The notes beneath the pieces were generated by a model. That model saw only the letters and a list, made by a program, of their open reading frames with translations, did not search any database and was not told the DNA's origin. From the IMG/VR virus record IMGVR_UViG_3300046318_000491, positions 89,712 through 153,711 of that record: DNA of 64,000 nucleotides. One strand, written 5' to 3'. Every line of letters starts with the position of its first letter. Positions within the stretch are counted from its first letter, which is position 1. This DNA comes from a virus. Shown piece after piece: positions 1 through 12,000 of this stretch. The position numbers were made by a program, and so were the translations under genes.

Positions 1-2381
1 TCACTGTACCCGTAAAGAACTACTCTAGGGTTTATTGTCGCGTCATTAGCTAGGCCAGGGTAGTTAAGCAGTGCGCCAGAGAACCCGGGTGCACTTAGTC
101 TAATGTCATCTACATAATTAATTCTCGAAGTCTGAGCCTCTAGGTCAATGTCAATCCACGTCTTAGGGGCCTGGACTGATGCAGTATCAGGCCTAGATGC
201 GGTGTCATACCAAGACTGGCTACCGTATTTAGATCCTCCATAAAAGAACTTGTTTTGACTAGACAGCATCACGGAGTCGAGCATGTAGGAAGTGGTATCT
301 AAGTCGCCTACAGTATTCTTTAGCCACGCCGGGATCGCAAGTTTAAATGATTTTTTTGCCTCTAGAGCAGCAGAATCCAAGTCTTTATATTGCTGATACA
401 GCTTTGCGCTGCTAATTTTGATTGTGTAAGGTACTCTGAAATACTCTTTAGACTTTTGATTTTTTAGAGTACCAGTGGCATCAATAACTGACAGATTTGG
501 CATATAAGAGGCCATAGTCAAGGCACCAGAATATAGGTACACATTGGCGTCGATCTCGTCTAGGCTTAATGTCAACTTTTTAGTATGCGGTACCGAGGCC
601 CACGATGCTTTAGTGGAGTCGTCTATCACATCCGAGATGCTGAGGAATGTGCCGTTATCAAACTTAAACTTAAGGTCTGATATGTCAAACTCTGGAACAT
701 TGATTTTGTATATTTTTTGATTAGTTAGAGGTAACGACTGAGCCTCTGGGGGAGTACTAGGGCTTCTTCCAAATACAGCAACTGTAAAAGTATCGGTAGT
801 TACTTCAGTAACCTTGACGATCTTTCTGTATTTTTGTTCAATCTTCTGAGCTTTAGTGTCTAAGTACTCGACCAAATGGCCTGGCTCTAGCCCCGTCTCA
901 ACGTCGCCATCAGTAGGCTGGTCTGACCTCCAGTTGTAGACATAATCACCGACTTTTAGTTCGTGACCGACAGAAGTAACAATAACTGAGGTTACGTCCT
1001 CGGATAGTGTAATTGCTGTAGGTACAAGCTCCTTACCAACCGGGTTAGAAAATATATCAAAGTTTAGATACAGTAGGCGGCCATATTTAATGGCTGGCTC
1101 TATAAGGGAGTAGTTGGCAGTACCGTAAACATACTTGTCAGTGGTAGCCCCCACACCCCAGGATACGGAGATGCCGTATGTACTTTTCGCAGCATAATCC
1201 TGAATAACAGAAACCTCTGCTACTCCAATCGAACTATCCGACTCCCAGCCTGCCGCCGAGTGCACCTCGCTCTGCGAGTCGTCCAAGTATTCAAAGCTTG
1301 GGTTATGGATTACGTTATAAATTTTAGCTGATACGTAATTAATACCCTCGTTAGAAAAATAACCGTGGTCAAATAGGGCTTTAGAGTAGTCATTTAAATA
1401 GAGACCCGCTACGTTTTCATCATGGTAGAGAGCATGACCGGTGAAGCTAGTTGCATACTCTATGTCAATATTCGGACCAAAGTTCTCGTACTTAAAGCTA
1501 GCAAAGTCTGCTTCTATAACTGTAATAAATGCAGGTCCAGTGGAGAAACTAAAGCCGGTCTCGGAGACTGATCTAAATACCTGAGCGTCCTCGCTGCTTA
1601 CTGCAGTCGACTCTACATCGCTAGCTGTTTTTGCAAAAACTAAAGTCTTATTAATATTTCTAATCGAGTCAGAGACATCTACTAGTGTGTAAGTCCCATT
1701 AAACGTGGAGTCCACGCCGCTGATCGTTACGCTATCTCCGGCTCGAAAACCGTGAGCATCGTTTGTGGTTAAATAAGCATAATTACTAACAAGTTCCTTG
1801 TTCGTAATTACATAGGTGTGGGTGTTGTAAGAGGTCGTACCAGTGACTGCAATACGGACTCGGTCGCCAGTTTTATATCCATGGTCACTAGCGAGAACTA
1901 TTGCAATATCATTTTTTCTATAGATACCAGAGACTGCAACTTCTGGCTCTCGGTAGGACCTATAGAGACCAACGTAAACACCGGTAGTATCGTCGATATC
2001 GCTATCGCCCAGGTTCTCACTTTCGATAAAGGTACCGAAAAGCTTTTTAGTTCCGATATTACGTTCTACACCAGGGCTAGAGATATTCCAATAACCGATT
2101 GTCCCCGAATACGCATTGATATCACCACGTACGAATACATCGGAGAACTCGGCAACTCCAGTTCCGTCAATTTTCCAACCGGACAACCCTTCAGAGAAGT
2201 TTCCGCTTTGGATACTATTCGTTATTAACTCTGTAGTAGAGGCTAGGTTTGCTCCAGTAACTACACCGTCAGCAATTCCAGTTATAACATTTGCCTGAGA
2301 CTGAAGAGCCTTGACATCTTTATTAATCCCTGCAACGTATGAACTAAAGCTATTAGTTCTTTTTATACGACTACTCGCCAA
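1..2381 (-). CDS. Tail tip / receptor-binding or tail fibre protein, partial (runs off the window start)
   Basis: Not in the ORF track because there is no stop in the window. TTG start at 2381 overlaps the upstream stop. The N-terminus MASSRIKR...IQSGNFSEGLSGWKIDGTGVAEFSDVFVRGDINAYSGTIG resembles phage tail-tip/J-like motifs. The frame is open where I checked it (both ends). Confidence 0.7.
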   Translation of the reverse strand, partial: MASSRIKRTNSFSSYVAGINKDVKALQSQANVITGIADGVVTGANLASTTELITNSIQSGNFSEGLSGWKIDGTGVAEFSDVFVRGDINAYSGTIGYWNISSPGVERNIGTKKLFGTFIESENLGDSDIDDTTGVYVGLYRSYREPEVAVSGIYRKNDIAIVLASDHGYKTGDRVRIAVTGTTSYNTHTYVITNKELVSNYAYLTTNDAHGFRAGDSVTISGVDSTFNGTYTLVDVSDSIRNINKTLVFAKTASDVESTAVSSEDAQVFRSVSETGFSFSTGPAFITVIEADFASFKYENFGPNIDIEYATSFTGHALYHDENVAGLYLNDYSKALFDHGYFSNEGINYVSAKIYNVIHNPSFEYLDDSQSEVHSAAGWESDSSIGVAEVSVIQDYAAKSTYGISVSWGVGATTDKYVYGTANYSLIEPAIKYGRLLYLNFDIFSNPVGKELVPTAITLSEDVTSVIVTSVGHELKVGDYVYNWRSDQPTDGDVETGLEPGHLVEYLDTKAQKIEQKYRKIVKVTEVTTDTFTVAVFGRSPSTPPEAQSLPLTNQKIYKINVPEFDISDLKFKFDNGTFLSISDVIDDSTKASWASVPHTKKLTLSLDEIDANVYLYSGALTMASYMPNLSVIDATGTLKNQKSKEYFRVPYTIKISSAKLYQQYKDLDSAALEAKKSFKLAIPAWLKNTVGDLDTTSYMLDSVMLSSQNKFFYGGSKYGSQSWYDTASRPDTASVQAPKTWIDIDLEAQTSRINYVDDIRLSAPGFSGALLNYPGLANDATINPRVVLYGYS

Positions 2382-5300
2382 TTCGATCCACCTGCCAATC
2401 TGTAACAATAGCTAGATCGATTTGCTCCGGGAAAGCCGGATTATTTGGCACAGTCACTTTGACAGAGTCGATCTTTCGAACAATAACATCCTTGCGAGGC
2501 TCTAGCGTACTCTCTAGACGGTGCTTTACGAAGTCATCATTTACAATGATAGAACACCAGTCACCAGGTGAGTACGACCCAACTACTGGGTTCAATGAGC
2601 CATTCACTGTAATAATGAAATTTCCAGCGGGTGGCTTTGATTCATAAGCAAATCGTTTAGCAGTTCTATATAGATCGAGTTCGCTGTCATAGTTGCCCCA
2701 GCTGTCGATATTAGTTTTATCGTTACCAATTAATGGCCAGTCAGCTTTTTCTGCTTTATCCAAAAGTGGCCAGCCATCAGCTAACAAGTCTTCCGAGACC
2801 GCTCCAGAGTAGGCGGCATCACCGCCTCCGGCTTGACCATTAGCACTAGATACGAAAACACGAGTTGCAGAGTTTTCTGCGTTCTCGGCGAAGCTAATAT
2901 TAGAGATGTTTCCAGGGTACTCAAACACAACTTTATCTGCGCCGAAAGCAATAGGAGGTGCTGACTGCCCCGGAGCCAGGCCAGGCTTACGATCCTGAGG
3001 TCGATTGCCATTTGGATTGTACGGGTCATCCTGTAGAGGTAGCGAGTTTATATATTTAGTTAAGCTTGCCGGGTACAGAGGAATTAATCTAAAAATTCTC
3101 TTAAACTTCTTATTACCAGTAGTTGGATCAATGTAAAGTTCGCAGTCGATTCTGTAATCAAACCCCGTAATAGTGTTTGAATACTCTTCTAGGTGCTGGC
3201 CCAGATTTACTAGATCAGAGCCCCTAAGTGGAGTGTTCTTGCTATTCAACGCACTGTAGAGGCTAGTGGAGAACTCTACCCCTCCTAGGTTGGCGCTTTG
3301 AGAGTATTCTCCATAGGTTCTAGTGAACGCGATAGGCTCCCTAGAAATCATAGGCGAAGGCAGAATTACGCCAATAGCCGTCTCATCGGCCACGTCAGTA
3401 ATAGACGCAGCGGTAGATAGGGTAACTGTTCCAGTAGAAGCTAGGGCTTTTGTCTTTGTAGTCGGTAGAGTGACTGTCTTAATAAATGACAAAGTTCTAG
3501 GAGTAGCGGTAACTAAAATAGCCGTACCAGTTAGCTGGCTAGAGACGGCACTAGGGAAGCTAGACAGTTCTATAGTATCTCCGACAACAAACCTGTGGTA
3601 ATAGCCAGTGGCAACGGTAAGAGTGACGGTAGTCTTTGTTGTATTTTTCGCGATTGAGTAATGCGAAACTTCAACCGAATCAGAGCCAGGAACAGTGTAA
3701 GTAAGAGTATCTTCAGAAGGAACGCTTGTTATCTGTATTGGCTCATTATTGCCATTCAGAGAAAGCGTGTTTTTACCATAAGTCCAAACGTTAACCCAGT
3801 CGCCTACAGCAAGCCCGTGTCCAGGTGATGTCAAGGTTGCCACGGACGAGGAGGCCCTAGCCAGAGCAGTAATATCTCTGGTCTCGGAGGAAATTGACCC
3901 GTAATCCAGAACTGCAACACCGGCGACGTTATGCGAAGACGTAGCTTTAACTTGACTATTAGGGTATACAAAAGGTTTAGGGTCAAAGGCATGAAGAACT
4001 TTATGAGGGCTTCTTAGCGTTATATCTGTCCATCGTTCTTGACCAGTGGGTGACTCGGTACTCGGGTCTTTTACTACCTTAAGAACCTGCATATCCTTAC
4101 CGTTGAAGATAGAGTACTTATTAGTACCGCTGTCTTTTAGCCCCGAGATTTTAAAAGTATCTCCGACAAAAACCTCTGGTGATGCAGTAGACGGACCGTT
4201 CTTGTTGAATACAGCAGTAATCTTCTTCTTAACAGTGGCAGTCACATTGAAGCCAGATACTGGCGTATTGGCAGGGATCGCGACTGACTGAGTGGTTTTA
4301 ACCCAGAAAGTCTCTTTATTGGTCGTCATCTTTTTGATGACGCCAGTGTCATTGTAGACAGAGTACTTTACGATCTGCTTTGCAGAGATCTTCGATGGGT
4401 CGGTGTGTGCACCCATGTAGACGTTACCCTTGTCAGAACCGTGTCGAGTAGCAAGCGGTGTGCTTGAGGTTGACTTCGCCGAGTCCCAGGTCCAACTAAT
4501 ACTGTACTTACCATCGCAGGGGACATCGATGTAGTAGTTTAGGGGGATTCCAGTTGAGCCGCGAAGGGTTCCGTACCCTAAGGTGTACTCGTCTGCTTTA
4601 AATTTTTTATTCTTAAGGTATGTATCTACGATAGGTTTTACAGCTACAGTACGAGTTCCGGTGGTTGTGCCTTGTAGGCCCCACATGTTAATTGTTATGA
4701 CTTTATTCTTTTGCTTAGAAGAGCCGCTAGTACCAAGGGCTTTTTGAGATGTAAAGCCGCTCAGGACCACTTTTGATGTTTTAGCCAGCTCGGGGTTGAC
4801 ATCGAGATACATCCTAGCAACGCCAGTTTTCTTTTTAACATTGGTGCACTTAAACTCAATTTTGTACGGAGCAAGATTTTTTGCCTCTACAACTGATGGC
4901 TGATCTGACGACTGGTCCGGAAGCCCTTCAATAGTTACGCTGTCTCCGATACTAAAATTAGTAGCGTTAGCTCCTGTAGTCGTAAATACTACATAGTCAT
5001 CGCCAGTAGCATTCATTTCTGTCTGAATAGACCCGATTGACACGGCAAAAGTCTGCTCGGTATCTTCGTTACCCTGTTCCGCGGAGTCAGCAATAAAGTT
5101 GTCTGTAACTACCCTAGTCACAACGGTGTAAGGGCTAGTGGCCTTGTCAACTTTATTCTTAGTCTTAGGGAAGGAGATGTTTCGAACAATTACTTCGCTA
5201 CTCACGTCAATATCGCCAGGCACGTAGTACTTAAAAGTATTCTCGGTGGCCTCAATAATTTTTACTGTTCCACCGTTACTGTCATAGTTAGAGTACGTGG

Positions 5301-7569
5301 AGTCAGAGAATGTGACAATTATGTTATCTCCGACAGCCAAGTTGTGGTCATCAGAGATGGCAGTCACTAGATTACCATCGGTGTGGATCTGCCTAATAGT
5401 CGCTTCAACGATTGGCGTGCCGCTAATTCTAGCTTTGGTACGAGTTAAAAGTCCCTTCTTAGGAGACTTCTTGACATCGTAGAAAGGAGTGGTTGCATCT
5501 GCAAGCTTGTAGACAATAGTGTCTCCGTCGCTATTGCCTTTCACGACTACGGAACGGCCGCCATAGATTTTATCTGTAGCCGCGTCGGTGAAGTTCACCT
5601 TTACGGTGTCGCCAACGCGGAACACGTGACGATCAACCGTATTCACGTAGACAGTGCCGGCTCGGTCTTTAGTAGAGATACCGGTGTCATACTCAAGCGA
5701 CGCAATTTGCGCGGTTGAGTCAGGTTCTGCGAGATTAACTGTAGAGAGTTGATCATAGCCTGGATCCATAGTAATCCACGAGGTACCGTAAACCGAAGCA
5801 GTAGAGCCGCTAACTGATGTTTTAGCGATATCAGCATCAATATTTTTAATAAAAGATAGGGTCCACTGAGAAGAACTCTCGTTTGCAGGAGTAACCTTTT
5901 CAATCTGATGGGTGCCCTTAATGACAGAGTTGGTAGAAGTTACGGTTATAAACTCGCTCTCCAAAATATCTGGATCTTCATTGAAGTAGAGCAAAACAGT
6001 ATTATCGTCGCCATCTGCTTCGTAGGCAACAATAGTCTTTGGGGTACCTTGGTCCGAGTCAATAACAATGTTGTAGCCATCGTAAAGAGGTGTAGGCCAG
6101 TTAATAGCGTCAACGCCAGAAATTTTAATTCTATCTCCAGCACCGTACCCATGGCTGTCTCGAGGATATAGCTTCAGCTGAGTCCTAGGAGTAGCTAGAG
6201 CTACGGTGTTATTCTTTGGAACCTTAGTAGCCGTCTTAGGGATATCGTAAGCACTAGAGGTATATTTAGGGTCTAGGAATTGGATGCTATATCCGCTGGC
6301 CACGTTGGTGATATTCATGTTGTTGTCACCAGTGGAGCTCCAGTCCATAGTGTTGACAACCTTGCCACCAATAGTTCTCTGAACCGGCGCGGCATTAGCG
6401 ATTTTAACTGCCACTACATCATTTTTTATGAATCGGTGTCTGGTTTTAAACCATAGCGTAACTATTCCGCTAGAGCGTTGAACATACGTGACCTGTACTG
6501 GAGAGCTGCTGATAATCTCGCGATACTGAATTTTGTCTTTAATTATTTCTACAGTAGTATAGGACTTATTCTCGACTGGAAGAATGCTAATTCTATCGTC
6601 TGCACTGACTCGGTTTGCAATCTTTACTTTAAAGGTGTATAGGGTAGGAGTATCACTTACAACAAATTCACCAAATAAAACATCATCAATATTTGCAAGA
6701 TTGACAGTTTGTCCTTTGGCAAGTTTATGGACCTTAGATGTTGTTATCGTAGCCTCGCCGGTATAGGTTCCGGTAGATGTAATTGAGTACCCAACTACGC
6801 TGACTGCTTTAGCGATTCCCGGAGCCAAAATTTCGTTTGGGAAATCAATGTCAATAAAGTCCTCGAAAGCGTTATTGATAAGCTCTCGAACATACTCGTA
6901 TGTATCTGCACGAAGAGAAACTCCAACATTGCTGTAAGCAGAGATTCTTGGCTTAGGTATGGCGGTTAGATTTATGTAGAACCCGGAGATGGTGGGGTCA
7001 GACGGGGCCGAAGGGGTAGTAGTTGTACTAAGAATAGAGTAAGGGCCATTGAACTTAGTAACAGCTCTGTCTTTAAAAACAACGTAAGCCATGTTGCTGT
7101 TGCCATTTTGGTCTTTAACTGGTGGCGGACTTTTCATCGTGCGGTCTACAATGCTTACATACGCAAAGCCAGCATCCTTAGTGACTTCACCAGTAAAGTT
7201 TGAAGAGTAAGTTTTCCAAACTAGGCGGTGGTTCAGGTAACTAGTAAATTCTGAAGCCGAGACAGTTAAGCTTCTGGAGACTAAATCGTAACTACGGCCC
7301 CAGATGATGCCGCCCCAGACGCATACGTTGTCGCGCACAACGTACAGAGCTGTCTTGCCTGGTAAAGTTGTTTTATATAGGTCCAGGTTATTTGTTTGGC
7401 CTGAAATTGTAATGCGACCGTCAAAAGTTCCGGCCTGCTTTAAGGCAAGCTCGTAAGAAACGTCTTCAAAAGGAATTTCACCAATTACGGTATTAGACAT
7501 AATATCTACCGTGTAGTACTTGTAGCGTACAGCAGTAGCACTAGTTACTGGCATCAAGCTGTCGGGCAT
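2371..7569 (-). CDS. Large minor tail / baseplate hub protein with many inserted beta-rich repeats
   Basis: 1732 aa. The N-terminus (GEIPF..VSY...L..AG...LYVVRD..CVWGGIIW) and the C-terminus resemble actinophage minor tail proteins. Repeated H.(F/L)..GD.V motifs. Lies downstream of the tape measure and Dit genes. Confidence 0.75.
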   Translation of the reverse strand: MPDSLMPVTSATAVRYKYYTVDIMSNTVIGEIPFEDVSYELALKQAGTFDGRITISGQTNNLDLYKTTLPGKTALYVVRDNVCVWGGIIWGRSYDLVSRSLTVSASEFTSYLNHRLVWKTYSSNFTGEVTKDAGFAYVSIVDRTMKSPPPVKDQNGNSNMAYVVFKDRAVTKFNGPYSILSTTTTPSAPSDPTISGFYINLTAIPKPRISAYSNVGVSLRADTYEYVRELINNAFEDFIDIDFPNEILAPGIAKAVSVVGYSITSTGTYTGEATITTSKVHKLAKGQTVNLANIDDVLFGEFVVSDTPTLYTFKVKIANRVSADDRISILPVENKSYTTVEIIKDKIQYREIISSSPVQVTYVQRSSGIVTLWFKTRHRFIKNDVVAVKIANAAPVQRTIGGKVVNTMDWSSTGDNNMNITNVASGYSIQFLDPKYTSSAYDIPKTATKVPKNNTVALATPRTQLKLYPRDSHGYGAGDRIKISGVDAINWPTPLYDGYNIVIDSDQGTPKTIVAYEADGDDNTVLLYFNEDPDILESEFITVTSTNSVIKGTHQIEKVTPANESSSQWTLSFIKNIDADIAKTSVSGSTASVYGTSWITMDPGYDQLSTVNLAEPDSTAQIASLEYDTGISTKDRAGTVYVNTVDRHVFRVGDTVKVNFTDAATDKIYGGRSVVVKGNSDGDTIVYKLADATTPFYDVKKSPKKGLLTRTKARISGTPIVEATIRQIHTDGNLVTAISDDHNLAVGDNIIVTFSDSTYSNYDSNGGTVKIIEATENTFKYYVPGDIDVSSEVIVRNISFPKTKNKVDKATSPYTVVTRVVTDNFIADSAEQGNEDTEQTFAVSIGSIQTEMNATGDDYVVFTTTGANATNFSIGDSVTIEGLPDQSSDQPSVVEAKNLAPYKIEFKCTNVKKKTGVARMYLDVNPELAKTSKVVLSGFTSQKALGTSGSSKQKNKVITINMWGLQGTTTGTRTVAVKPIVDTYLKNKKFKADEYTLGYGTLRGSTGIPLNYYIDVPCDGKYSISWTWDSAKSTSSTPLATRHGSDKGNVYMGAHTDPSKISAKQIVKYSVYNDTGVIKKMTTNKETFWVKTTQSVAIPANTPVSGFNVTATVKKKITAVFNKNGPSTASPEVFVGDTFKISGLKDSGTNKYSIFNGKDMQVLKVVKDPSTESPTGQERWTDITLRSPHKVLHAFDPKPFVYPNSQVKATSSHNVAGVAVLDYGSISSETRDITALARASSSVATLTSPGHGLAVGDWVNVWTYGKNTLSLNGNNEPIQITSVPSEDTLTYTVPGSDSVEVSHYSIAKNTTKTTVTLTVATGYYHRFVVGDTIELSSFPSAVSSQLTGTAILVTATPRTLSFIKTVTLPTTKTKALASTGTVTLSTAASITDVADETAIGVILPSPMISREPIAFTRTYGEYSQSANLGGVEFSTSLYSALNSKNTPLRGSDLVNLGQHLEEYSNTITGFDYRIDCELYIDPTTGNKKFKRIFRLIPLYPASLTKYINSLPLQDDPYNPNGNRPQDRKPGLAPGQSAPPIAFGADKVVFEYPGNISNISFAENAENSATRVFVSSANGQAGGGDAAYSGAVSEDLLADGWPLLDKAEKADWPLIGNDKTNIDSWGNYDSELDLYRTAKRFAYESKPPAGNFIITVNGSLNPVVGSYSPGDWCSIIVNDDFVKHRLESTLEPRKDVIVRKIDSVKVTVPNNPAFPEQIDLAIVTDWQVDRIGE

Positions 7570-7606
7570 GGGTATCCTTAACGTCTATCGTCTTTATAAG
7601 ACTATT

Positions 7607-9004
7607 TTACCCTATCCAGCCGGAGCGGTATTGCAGTGTCATAGTACCGGTCCCGCCAGTTTTATTAAGCACAACCGTGTTACCACCAGGAGTGAATTTA
7701 ATCCAGTCTACGGTAGCATCCAGCATTGACCGAGACTCGTCTGGAACGCCGCGGTACGTCGTGGAGTTATTATATGTGTCAATTACCAAGGTGTCCGTTG
7801 AAGCTAAAGTTACCGTACCACTGCCGCTAGCTGAAGTCACCTGCTTAGATACCGTACCGCCATATCCCGTAGGTTGATTAGATATGACCTTAGCTGCGGT
7901 AAAAGTGGTAGTTGTGGGCACGGTCGATATCGTATATTGGCCATCTAAAAGCGGATTACTGGAGCCAGAAATGTAAACGACAGCATTAGCTAATAACCCA
8001 TGAGCTGAAGATGTTGTTACGGTAGCAACGTTAGTAGTGTGACTAATAAAGGTAATGTTTACTAGCGGCTTGACATAGCTAATGCTTTCAGGGGTGGTCT
8101 CTGTAATTGTAGCGTTAGATATATTGTAATCAGTGCCCGCCAAAGTAACGGTCACGGAGTCGCCTACAAAGAACCCATGAGAAGGGATTGTCAGCTTAGC
8201 CACACCGCTTTGAAGCTGTTTGCTGGTCACGCCAGTGGTAGTGAAGGTGGTAGATCTAAGATCTTTAATAACTTTAATACGCTGAACCGGACCGCCATTT
8301 GTAGACGTAATATAGGCAGGGGCAGTGATAGGACCGGTTAGGGTGATTAGTGTAGATACAGGAGCATTTCCAAAATTATTAAAATACGTACCAGAACTAG
8401 TTACCGATTCTCCATCGTACCCTGCCGTATACCCTGGCCCGGGAGTTTCTGGGCCGTCCCAACTGTATTTGAGAGGGTCACCAGCTTTAAGCTGGACTTC
8501 AAAGTCGATTCGACCACGCGGGCTAACGTTAGAGATTAGTGGCTGGCCAGAAAGACGAACATACATAGCAGTTTTGTTTGGGTACTCATCGACAAACAGC
8601 CAAGCACCGGTATACACCAAATTAATAGCATCTAGAAGTCGCCTTCTGGCATACTGCGTTACGTAGGCATCCGGCACTAGGACCGATCCTTTAAGCGTGA
8701 CAACTTTCGCGGTCCATCGGCCGCGCACATCATACGAGCCATCATCTAGGCCACGAGGAATGTCGGGAATCTCTACGTTAGAAGCATTCCACCAGCCATC
8801 AATATCAGTACATACCCAAACAAGATCGACGCTCTTCGTAAGCCCCGTCTCCGGATTAAAGACTGAAGCAGTTTCAATGGTGTTCAGGGTAAGGCCATTA
8901 AGCCTAATATCTGCTTTAAGTTTTAGACCTTCAATAAAGGGGCGAGGTACTTTACTTAAGCCAATATTTACGGCCTTATTTTCTTGACTCTGACTGTACG
9001 CCAT
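7607..9004 (-). CDS. Distal tail (Dit-like) minor tail protein
   Basis: Directly after the tape measure gene. Motifs DIDGWW, VQLKAGDPLKY, NFGNAPV and C-terminal W..F.PG.N...YRSGW are typical of siphophage Dit. Confidence 0.75.
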   Translation of the reverse strand: MAYSQSQENKAVNIGLSKVPRPFIEGLKLKADIRLNGLTLNTIETASVFNPETGLTKSVDLVWVCTDIDGWWNASNVEIPDIPRGLDDGSYDVRGRWTAKVVTLKGSVLVPDAYVTQYARRRLLDAINLVYTGAWLFVDEYPNKTAMYVRLSGQPLISNVSPRGRIDFEVQLKAGDPLKYSWDGPETPGPGYTAGYDGESVTSSGTYFNNFGNAPVSTLITLTGPITAPAYITSTNGGPVQRIKVIKDLRSTTFTTTGVTSKQLQSGVAKLTIPSHGFFVGDSVTVTLAGTDYNISNATITETTPESISYVKPLVNITFISHTTNVATVTTSSAHGLLANAVVYISGSSNPLLDGQYTISTVPTTTTFTAAKVISNQPTGYGGTVSKQVTSASGSGTVTLASTDTLVIDTYNNSTTYRGVPDESRSMLDATVDWIKFTPGGNTVVLNKTGGTGTMTLQYRSGWIG

Positions 9005-12000
9005 TAGACAGATGCTCCCTTACGCATTTCAAACTGTAGTCGGTTAGCCACTAGTGTAGCAATCTCGTACTCACTCATGCCTGGAGCTGCATTTACTGAA
9101 ATATTAATTCCAGGACCAGACACGCTCTGACCGGCATTGATTGCTCTCAGTAGCTCCAAGTTCTTTGCCGTAGAAGCAGCGTTAACTACATATTCTCCGT
9201 TAGATAACATAGCCGGGATCATGTCCGAGCGAGGACCTCCAGGACCTGAAACAGGACCGCCAGATCCGTCAGCAAAACGAGCAATGCCGCCATCAGCAAA
9301 CTGACGAACTCTTCCTATCAAACCGCCATCGGCCTTTTTAGTAGTGATAACGTACGTAGTTGCGCCCATTGCTTTTTCAAAATCTGACTTTAGGTTTGCA
9401 ATACTTGACTTGTCCCAGACGCCCTTGATGTTTACTTCAGCCGCGACGTCCTTAGTTCCTAGCTTGCTCTGCTCGGCAATAAGCTGATCAATTGTGATGC
9501 CAGCCTCTTCGGCAATTTCAGAAATACTCTTAACACCGGCGGTTATGCTTCCAGAGTAGTAGTTGTATAAGGTGCCCTGTCCTTGGAACTTTCTGCTTAT
9601 AAGATTACTTAGGGCACGAGGGTCAGTTACAGCAGCAGCTACTGCGGTGGCCTTCTTTTGCGCTTCAGCCGCCTTGACCACCTGATCCTGATAAGTCTTT
9701 AGGGCCTTTTCATTAACCTTAAGCGAGTTGCCAGTACCGGTAACAAGGGAAGCAACTAGGGCTGATCCACCCTTACCCATGGCAACTAGCTCGTTAAGTG
9801 CACCCTGGGACATCTTCTTAGAAAGAAGAGCGATGTTTTTCGACCATGCAGCTAGATCTCTTTGCTGCTTTAGTAGGTCATCTTTGTATTTGTTTAAGCT
9901 AAATCCGGCGTCTCCGGATGCAGTAACTACTACGTCAGAGTACTTTTTAAGATCTTCAGCGCTTTGCTCTAGAGGTCCCTTAACATCAATAAAGGTCTGA
10001 ACAGCATCTCTCATTGTCTGGTTGAACTTAGCACGTTCAGCTCTAGCCTTAGCTAGTAGGTATGACCCTTCACCTAATGCATAGTCGAGACGCTTCTGAG
10101 CATTAACAGTGCCATCTGCGTTGTAAATAGTATCGCCGAGAGCTTTAGCCTGAGCCTCTAGAGACTTAGTCATATCTTCGCTGGCGTCAAGCATTCCAAG
10201 AGTGGCTTCTTTGCTCATACCCTGGGTGACAACCAAGTTTCTATAGTTGCGCTGGATTTCCGGAAGACTCTTTTTTGCGATTTTAGCTAAAGTGTCTCCG
10301 TAAGACTTAAACGCTGCAGTGGCTGCAGTTACTGCAGTAGCAGCAGCTTCTTCCTGCACGATCTGTTGAGCAGATACCCACTCGCCATTGTGAGCCGCCA
10401 TCTCGGCGGCTGTCTCGGCACGCTCTTTAGCTAGAGTTGCATATAGGCCGTTGACCTGGCTCATATCTTGTATAGATGCCTTCTCGGCATCAGTAACTGT
10501 TAGCAACGCGTTAGCCCACTGCGATGAGGCGTCAGCTGCAGATAGAGTGTGCTTAGCTGCGTCCCTAAATGATCCGCTAAGGGCTGTAACTGATTTTTTA
10601 ACACGATCGGCGTTGATTGCTGCAGTAATTCCAATAGCTGCCGCGATAGCCGCACCGACTGCAACAATTGCAAGGATAGCTAAGCCTATAGGGCCAGTAA
10701 TAGCGGTCCACATGGCGGAGGCGATGGCAGTTACTCCAGCCATAGTTCCGCCAAGGCCAATGTAGGAAGCTCCTAGGCCAGTGTTCGAGGCGATTACAAC
10801 ACCATTAGCAATGCTTTCACCGTATTTTTTAGCTACTAGCACTGCTTGAATAGCTGACATGACCTTCATGGCTGCCATGACGGTGCCAAAACCAATCATG
10901 TAGACCTTCTTAAATAGAAGGCCCAGCGTGATCAGTGCGCCCATCCCACCGATGATCGGACCAAGAACTTGCATAAGCGGCTGAATAGATTTTAGGAATC
11001 CTGCCATAGCCTTAAAGACACCGCTAATAATTTCTAGGTATGTCTTTATCTGTCCGGAGTCTGTAAACGACGCGGCGATCTCTGCAACTGATACGAGTAT
11101 CTCGGCAAGAATTGGTCCAGTACCGGCTGCCGCCATAATAATCTGTCGGAGAGAGTCTTGCCCCTGAGATAGAGTATCCCAGAACAACTTGACATCAGGA
11201 GAAGTTCCTAAATCCTTAAGCACGCTGAAGAAGCCAGCGAATGCGTTAGTAATGGCTAGGGTGTTTTCAGCAGTTGCTTTGAAGTATGCCTTAGAGCTAA
11301 ATTCTCCCGCTGCGGTGCCCAGTTCGCGCATCCACTTACTAGAGGCTTTAAGTTGCTCGACTAGCATGTAGCCGCCAGTACCAGGTCCAGTATTTGCCTT
11401 AATCATAGCCTTTAGGCCAGCGAATACATTGCCGATTATAGAGCCAAACATAGCTGCCGTTTGGGCAGCTTTTTTAAAGTAAGCACTAATGTTTGCAAAG
11501 TTGCCAGCAAGGTTTTTGGCCATGTTGGTAGTTGATGTAGATAGGAAGTCTCTAAACATATTAAAGACTGGAGACGTTGCCCTATAGAGGGTTAAGAATG
11601 ACTTAATTAGGTTACCAAAAATGGTTCCCAGAGCCATTACGGTCTTGCTTGTTCCAATAAATATGTCTCGGATTCCGGCCAAACTCGTTGGGTTAAATAG
11701 CGAGTTACCTAGACGCGAAGATGCTTCACCTAACGCTTGGCCAACTTGTTTGTAGCCCTGGATAAGCATCGTAAATGCGCCAGAGCTGAACATTTTCTGT
11801 ATCTGAGTCTGAAGTACCGGTAGGAAGCTGCCAGCGGCGGCTTCATTAAGGCCCTTTAGTTGCTTTTGTATAGAAACTAGATACTGAGCAAACTCTTTCT
11901 GGCTTTTAGTTAGCCCGGCATATGGGTCAGTGCCAGTTTTACCTTTTTTCTTAGGGTTCTTTTTTTCGTCTTCGAGGTCTTTAGATCGATCCAAGGCTCG

